A stretch of 64,000 nt of DNA from Sulfolobales archaeon. GTDB taxonomy: Archaea > Thermoproteota > Thermoprotei_A > Sulfolobales > NBVN01. The stretch lies in assembly GCA_038841535.1 (NCBI GenBank), contig JAWBTQ010000002.1, forward strand, positions 1-64,000, written 5' to 3'. The notes beneath the pieces are model-generated. The model searched no databases. It had not been told where the DNA came from and saw only the letters and a list, made by a program, of their open reading frames with translations. Position numbers and translations under genes: made by a program. Of this stretch, positions 59,061 to 64,000 are shown piece by piece (position 1 is the stretch's first letter; each line of letters opens with the position of its first letter).

Positions 59061-59269
59061 GCGGCATGTCTAGAACTCTTTAAAGCACTATGTGGGGTTC
59101 AAGGAGGTAGAGGCGTGATAGCGTGCGTGAACTCATTCCTAGGGTACTCAGGATATCGGGGTCGCAGTACCCTTGAATGCCCTTAGTTGTGCGGGCTAGT
59201 GATTAGTGCGGGAGAAATGAGTAAGGCACTAGTATAAGCCAAGCCTGGTATATGGACCGGATCCCGCCA

Positions 59270-60055
59270 CTAGATTGTTCTTCCCTCACTCCACAGCATG
59301 TTAAAGTAGTTTTTGACCTGTTGCGCAATGGTGTTAGATACTATGAGTACCGATACCTCGTGGTTGTACATCAGGGCGCTCTCAGTCCAGTTGTGGCTGC
59401 CAACAAACACGTATTGATCATCGACTACAACCAACTTTGCGTGGGTAGTCACAGATTTGCTCTTGTCGAGCCTCACTGGCACCCCGCTACTCTTTAGGTA
59501 GTCTATCGTTTCACTGTAGCTGCTGTAGGTCACGTCGTCGACGAGCACTTTCACGTCGAGGCTCCTCTTGTAGGCGTCGACGACTGTGTACAGCAGCGTG
59601 TTCACTGGATCGTCGGTCTCGCTGGGGTCATACTTCATAGCGTACATCATTATGTAGATGCTCCTGTTGGCCCTACTCAAGATGCTCAGTAAAGCGTAGT
59701 AGTAGTCATCGTCCACGAGCAGGTCTACGTTAACGGCAGCAGTTACTGTGACTGGCTTCGTGACTATGTATGTCGTCGTGTAAGCTATCGTGAAAGTAGT
59801 TGTGGAAGTCGTTGTAACGGCCCTCGTAGTTGTAACAGTCGAGACCGAGGTCGCAGTTCTTTCAACAGTCCCCGTAATCGTCGTAGGTAAAGTCTGTACC
59901 ACTGTAGCGAAGAGCTCGAGAGTCCTCGTAGTCGTACTCAAGAACGTTGCCGTAACTGTGTGGTAAACAGGAGGCTTTGAGGCACTAATGCTGTAACCAA
60001 TTAGCGCTCCGATGACTAACATGAGGCATGCTAAAGCGAGGGCTTTAGCGTTCAC
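59270..60055 (-). CDS. Surface-anchored phospholipase D-family protein (single HKD, Nuc/Zucchini-like)
   Basis: N-terminal signal/TM, Thr-rich stalk, and HAKLVVVD....VGSHNWT...N.E motif. Confidence 0.9.
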   Translation of the reverse strand: MNAKALALACLMLVIGALIGYSISASKPPVYHTVTATFLSTTTRTLELFATVVQTLPTTITGTVERTATSVSTVTTTRAVTTTSTTTFTIAYTTTYIVTKPVTVTAAVNVDLLVDDDYYYALLSILSRANRSIYIMMYAMKYDPSETDDPVNTLLYTVVDAYKRSLDVKVLVDDVTYSSYSETIDYLKSSGVPVRLDKSKSVTTHAKLVVVDDQYVFVGSHNWTESALMYNHEVSVLIVSNTIAQQVKNYFNMLWSEGRTI

Positions 60056-60508
60056 GATCTAACACACCCCTTACACGCTGTTCGAAGACTGATCTAAAAT
60101 AAAACGCTTCTATATGGCTTACACCGGAAGCCCGACTCGATAGATCCCCAGTCGGGTAGTAATATATCGGTGGTATACTGAGTATGTCACAGCACGACTA
60201 TTAGTTTAACTAACGGTCTAGTTGGTATTGGGAACAATCAAAAATAATCCCATGTTATATGTTAGGATGCTAGGATTGTAGAGAAGGCTTCCCCGCCACC
60301 TCCTAGTAAGCGCTAGGGACTAGTAGGAATATGAGTCGAGGGGGCAAGATTTATACTAGAGAAAGGATGTTGTGGCAGAGTACTGCCCCTGAGAGTGGAG
60401 GGAGGAGAGTATGCTAGCCCATGCTCTAGGAACAAAGCACGGGTCCTGGATATATCTAGTAAAATAGACAAGAAATAGAGAAGAGCTAAGAACAGATAAT
60501 CGATTAGT

Positions 60509-60856
60509 TCACCTTAAAGGTCTTCGGTAGCTGAGGGCTTTTCTGTGGATGAGTAATTTGTTGAAACAGAGGATACTACCCCACATTCCCAGCGAAGCTA
60601 ACACCAAGCTTACTCCCGTTGTTGAGATTTCATGTAATGCTGTGGCAAGGTTTGCCGGACTAGACATGGCGGTTAGGAACGGCGGGTATGGGACTATTTC
60701 GCCGTGCCATGCGTGTTCAATGGCTAAAAGTATGGAGCCTCCCCAGAGTACCGTACTCAGTATTCCTAGCTCTAGCTTCTCACTTGCTGCCTTGGCAAGT
60801 CTCTGAACTACCGTTACTAGCCCAGCGGCAACTAGTGGAGCTAGGAAGCAGGCCAC
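60509..60856 (-). CDS. Conserved small membrane protein (3 TM)
   Basis: MACF start and LWGG..LLAIEH.WHGE..P.PPFLTAM segment. Confidence 0.8.
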   Translation of the reverse strand: MACFLAPLVAAGLVTVVQRLAKAASEKLELGILSTVLWGGSILLAIEHAWHGEIVPYPPFLTAMSSPANLATALHEISTTGVSLVLASLGMWGSILCFNKLLIHRKALSYRRPLR

Positions 60857-60925
60857 GCCTGATTCCCCAGTATACTCTGGTTAGAGCTTTTATATGCACT
60901 AACTTCAATATGTCGGTGCACTGAC

Positions 60926-61213
60926 GTGTGGCTAGTAGCACTCTTGTCTGCCTCAGTAGCAGCTACAGCAGTCTACTTCAGTAGAAAAGAGGTCTCGAAG
61001 TACTTATTACTAATACTCTGGGCTGCGACATTAATGGTGTTTGTTGACTGGATGTGGAGTTACATAGAAGAGGGAGAGTTCGTGCCACTCGAGGTACTCG
61101 AAGACCCGTTTGGCAGCTCCCTGCTCGGATTCGTTATGGTATTAGGAGGGGTAGCTTTGTGGGCTATCCTAGCTATAGTTCTCGGGCTAGTTAGAAAGAG
61201 GTCTAGTAGCTAG
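60926..61213 (+). CDS. Small membrane protein (3 TM)
   Basis: MWL start and LWAA.LMVFVD..W.Y...GEF segment; GGTG upstream of the GTG start. Confidence 0.75.
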   Translation: MWLVALLSASVAATAVYFSRKEVSKYLLLILWAATLMVFVDWMWSYIEEGEFVPLEVLEDPFGSSLLGFVMVLGGVALWAILAIVLGLVRKRSSS

Positions 61214-61343
61214 TGAGAGTGTTATGGATGACTTAAAGGTTTTTCCGAACTCCCACAAAGAACTACTCAGAAGCCCGAGCACTTCGTAGAGAAAAACTTA
61301 TTAGGTTTAATTCGTGGAATCCAGCTTCTAGTGTCGACACTAG

Positions 61344-63248
61344 CTATGCCGGTAACCCTAGAGCTTTTCTCTTTTGGTCTATGTGCTCGAGGATTATTTC
61401 TGCGGCTTTCTTCATGTCGGGCTCAACTACAAATCTAGCTCCCACAAGACCTGCTATGTCTTCCGTGAGCAACTTCGTAACGACCTCACTCCCGAGTACT
61501 GGTGGTACAACCCCTAGGTGAACGTTGACTCCATGAGCGACAAACCATGTCCCTATGGAGACGGCCTTAGAGCTCATGGCCTCCGGTGCGGACCCGAAGA
61601 CTGGGAGGTCAGGTATGTCCACACCTAGCGCGTCAGCTATGGCGTTTAAAGCAGCAAGTATTCTCGAGTTGTCTACACAGCTGCCCATGTGGAGGCATGG
61701 AGGTATCTTCAGTACCTCTAGAACTTTCCTAAGCCTCATCCCCGCCATAGACTGGGCCTCTAAGGTCATGAGGCCTGCCTTAGCTGCTGCGATAGCCCAG
61801 CAGCCAGTCCCGACGACTAGGACATCGTTCGATATTAGCTCCCGCGCTAGCTCTACATGCCCTCTGTCCTGGGGTACCTTCGGGTTATTGCAGCCGACTA
61901 TCCCGACTATTCCGCGAATATCGCCTCTCTTCACCGCCTCTACGAGTGGTGCAAGTGTGCCTCCAAGGGCTTCTAGTATCACCTCCACCGAGAAACCAGC
62001 TATAACCTTAGACTTCACGTCCGGTATGAATACTCTCTCCCTGTTTCTCGCCCTGAACCCCTCTATCGCTAGCCTCAAGACTTCCCTGGCTACCTCATCA
62101 GCTCTCTCAGCCTTCCACTCGATGTGCACAGCTCCGGGAATCCTAGCTACAGGCATTGTAGTAATCAGCTTAGTGTGGAAACACCCGGCGATATCCGCTA
62201 GAGAAGGCATCACGCACTGGTAGTCTACGACCATAGCCTCAACGGCCCCCGTGGCTAGAGCGAGCTCTTGGTGGAGGAGGTTACCCGCTAGAGGTACCCC
62301 CATCCTCATGAGGACTTCGTTAGCAGTGCAGCATATGCCGCAGACGTTTATACCTTTAGCTCCAACGCTCTTGGCGAGGCTCAGCATTTCCTCACTCCTA
62401 GCTAGTTCGACTACCTTCATAGAAAGTAGTGGGTTGTGGCCGTGTACAACGATATTGACCTCATCTTGCTTTAGTACACCCAAATTCGCATAGCTCTCGA
62501 CGGGTCTCGGGGTTCCGAACAGCACGTCCTGGAGCTCAGTTGCGGCCGCCATAGCGTAGCAGTCGGCTAGAGCAGTCCTCAGACCATGAATGAGCAAGCT
62601 TCTGTAGTCTGCGTCGACTCCCACGTGTATCCTGTGAAGGGATTCGAACCCCTCGCGCCATATGGACCTGGGGACTATACCGAGTCTCTCAAAAGTCCTT
62701 TTGCGCTTCTCGATGGAGTAGGCCTTAAGGAGATTAAGAGGCTCTTCTGTAGTCCTAACGAAGTCTTCTTCAACGATTTTGGCTACCTCTATAGCTAGGT
62801 CTAGAACTGGCCTGGTATCCGCGTCGGGTATACCTAGCTTCCTCGCTATAGCTCTCAACTTCTTTTCGTCGGCTATTCTGTATGGGAAAGGTAGATTCTT
62901 AGAAGAGTGCTCTACTGCGGTTTTAAAGGTCTCAAGTACGTGAAATGCGTGCTCCCCGTGGGCCGCCTCACCGTTAGCTATATGCAGTAACACCCTCCTA
63001 GCAACCATAGTGTCGGAATTTGCTCCACACACTCCCTTACTCGGACCGACGCCGAACGGGTCGATGCGGCACGGACCCATCATGCAGAGCCAGCAACACA
63101 GCCCCAATAGACCGAATCCACACTGCGGCTGCATTCGCTCGTATCTATGGTAGACAGTCTCGATCCCCAGTTCCTCAGCCCTTCTTATCATTAGCTGCGC
63201 TGCTTTGTCCACAGTCTTCTCTTCCGGCTTCCTTATAGGGAACGCCAC
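61344..63248 (-). CDS. cooS: Anaerobic Ni-Fe carbon monoxide dehydrogenase catalytic subunit
   Basis: D/B-cluster PQCGFG..G.CC..C.MGPC and VCG; C-cluster ligands HGHNP, CCT, DYQC, GCNNPK, TGC and MGSCVDN; catalytic Lys in MSSKA; GAGGTGA SD upstream of GTG 63248. Confidence 0.96.
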   Translation of the reverse strand: MAFPIRKPEEKTVDKAAQLMIRRAEELGIETVYHRYERMQPQCGFGLLGLCCWLCMMGPCRIDPFGVGPSKGVCGANSDTMVARRVLLHIANGEAAHGEHAFHVLETFKTAVEHSSKNLPFPYRIADEKKLRAIARKLGIPDADTRPVLDLAIEVAKIVEEDFVRTTEEPLNLLKAYSIEKRKRTFERLGIVPRSIWREGFESLHRIHVGVDADYRSLLIHGLRTALADCYAMAAATELQDVLFGTPRPVESYANLGVLKQDEVNIVVHGHNPLLSMKVVELARSEEMLSLAKSVGAKGINVCGICCTANEVLMRMGVPLAGNLLHQELALATGAVEAMVVDYQCVMPSLADIAGCFHTKLITTMPVARIPGAVHIEWKAERADEVAREVLRLAIEGFRARNRERVFIPDVKSKVIAGFSVEVILEALGGTLAPLVEAVKRGDIRGIVGIVGCNNPKVPQDRGHVELARELISNDVLVVGTGCWAIAAAKAGLMTLEAQSMAGMRLRKVLEVLKIPPCLHMGSCVDNSRILAALNAIADALGVDIPDLPVFGSAPEAMSSKAVSIGTWFVAHGVNVHLGVVPPVLGSEVVTKLLTEDIAGLVGARFVVEPDMKKAAEIILEHIDQKRKALGLPA

Positions 63249-63252
63249 AGTC

Positions 63253-63813
63253 TCACCTCGCAGGAGGCTTACCGTACAAAACCTTGGTCCCACTCGGGGC
63301 ACCAGTCAGTCCTGTCACGAACTCTCGAGCTTTTCTCTCATGAACTTCTCTGAGGACGTCCTCGACCCTGCCGTACTTGAGAGCCTTAGTTGGGCAAGCC
63401 TCAACGCATGCCGGCAGTAGCCCCTTCTCGGTTCTCTCGAAGCAAAAGTCACACTTTGATACGACTTTTTCCGCTATACTGAGAGTTATGGCGCCGTAGG
63501 GACACGCTAGTATACATCCCTTGCAACCTATGCAAGCCTCCTTCCTGAGGAGAACCAGGCCTTCCGGAGTCTTCACAAGCGCCTCCGTCGGACATACCTC
63601 AACGCACGGAGGTTTCTCGCAGTGCATGCAACGGATCGGCACGTTATAGCCCAGAGCAGGAGCCACCTTAATCCTAGGCAATGGTCCAGGAGTTTCGTAG
63701 ATTGCGGTATACAGATTCTTAGTGAGAGAGTGCTCAACAGCGCAAGCGATGTAACAAGACAGGCATCCTACGCAACGCTCTATATCGACATAAATTATCT
63801 CCCCACTAATCAA
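63253..63813 (-). CDS. cooF: CooF-like 4x[4Fe-4S] electron transfer protein
   Basis: CVGCLSCYIAC, CMHCEKPPCVEVCP, CIGCKGCILACP and KCDFC...PACVEACP motifs; ends 4 nt before cooS. Confidence 0.9.
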   Translation of the reverse strand: MISGEIIYVDIERCVGCLSCYIACAVEHSLTKNLYTAIYETPGPLPRIKVAPALGYNVPIRCMHCEKPPCVEVCPTEALVKTPEGLVLLRKEACIGCKGCILACPYGAITLSIAEKVVSKCDFCFERTEKGLLPACVEACPTKALKYGRVEDVLREVHERKAREFVTGLTGAPSGTKVLYGKPPAR

Positions 63814-63856
63814 TATACCACTCGATATCTTCTTTGCTTAAAGCTATTTATACCTT

Positions 63857-63898
63857 TATGTGCACGTCATAATGTTCTATATGCACCCAGACTTCAAT
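63857..63898. promoter_or_regulatory. Direct-repeat motif upstream of cooF (candidate regulator site)
   Basis: TATGTGCAC (63857) and TATATGCAC (63878) are 21 bp apart. The second is followed by ACTTCAAT, and the same bipartite motif occurs at 60891-60909. Confidence 0.4.
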
Positions 63899-64000
63899 GC
63901 TCTACATATACTAAACCCCAACACAGTTAAGGTTCGCATATTGCTCGAGGAGGTTGGCTGGGTCAGCGTTGAACTAAAGTGAAAGTCCCGCACTTCAACT

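Noticed and set aside
52015-60055. DUF1998 helicase and PLD within 5 kb, read as a DISARM-like defence system
   Set aside because: DUF1998 is fused to the helicase as in housekeeping Hrq1/MrfA. The PLD is membrane-anchored and stalked. There is no methylase or DrmD/E, and unrelated genes intervene.
60911-60926. TGTCG-N6-TGACG, close to the bacterial CooA consensus
   Set aside because: It overlaps an SD and start codon, no CooA/CRP-family gene is visible, and it is not upstream of cooF; probably coincidental.
61224-61280. Possible C/D-box sRNA (GGATGA...CCGA...CCGA)
   Set aside because: All boxes are degenerate, there is no convincing C' box or terminal stem, and no target was recognised.
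62636-62656. GGGATTCGAACCC resembling a tRNA T-arm or att site
   Set aside because: It lies inside cooS (codons REGFESLH), and no acceptor or anticodon arm can be formed.
1-64000. CRISPR array or rRNA genes
   Set aside because: No regularly spaced 24-40 nt direct repeats or rRNA signature sequences were seen in any intergenic region.

Overview
This is an archaeal chromosome segment. GGTG(A) ribosome-binding motifs, frequent TTG/GTG starts, TATA-type promoters, Thr/Val-rich linkers on secreted proteins and a CCA-encoding GC-rich tRNA point to a hyperthermophilic Thermoproteota (Desulfurococcales-like) genome; this assignment is inferred. Contents in order: an RsmB/NOP m5C methyltransferase; a split B12 methylmalonyl-CoA mutase plus epimerase; pcm; and a ~19.5-kb catabolic cluster (cupin, creatininase-like, class I fumarase, malic enzyme, U32-like barrel, nitroreductase, orphan AroD, tungsten AOR with a MoaD-like protein, Zn-ADH, Ldh_2, TRAP transporter, CoA-transferase) that ends at a decayed integrase fragment beside tRNA-Arg(TCG). 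Next come a three-gene operon of unknown function whose first product resembles a highly degenerate FtsZ/tubulin fold, GGT, RNase HII, a peptide ABC system, Hsp20, three IS200/IS605 tnpB 3'-end (omegaRNA-region) remnants, a nitrilase, two sodium:solute symporters with pxpABC, several pseudogenes, an Hrq1-like helicase, DtxR and a surface PLD nuclease. The window closes with cooF-cooS (Ni-Fe CO dehydrogenase) and two small membrane proteins that share a promoter motif with cooF. No CRISPR array or rRNA was seen. All family assignments come from motif recognition by eye; no database search was run.
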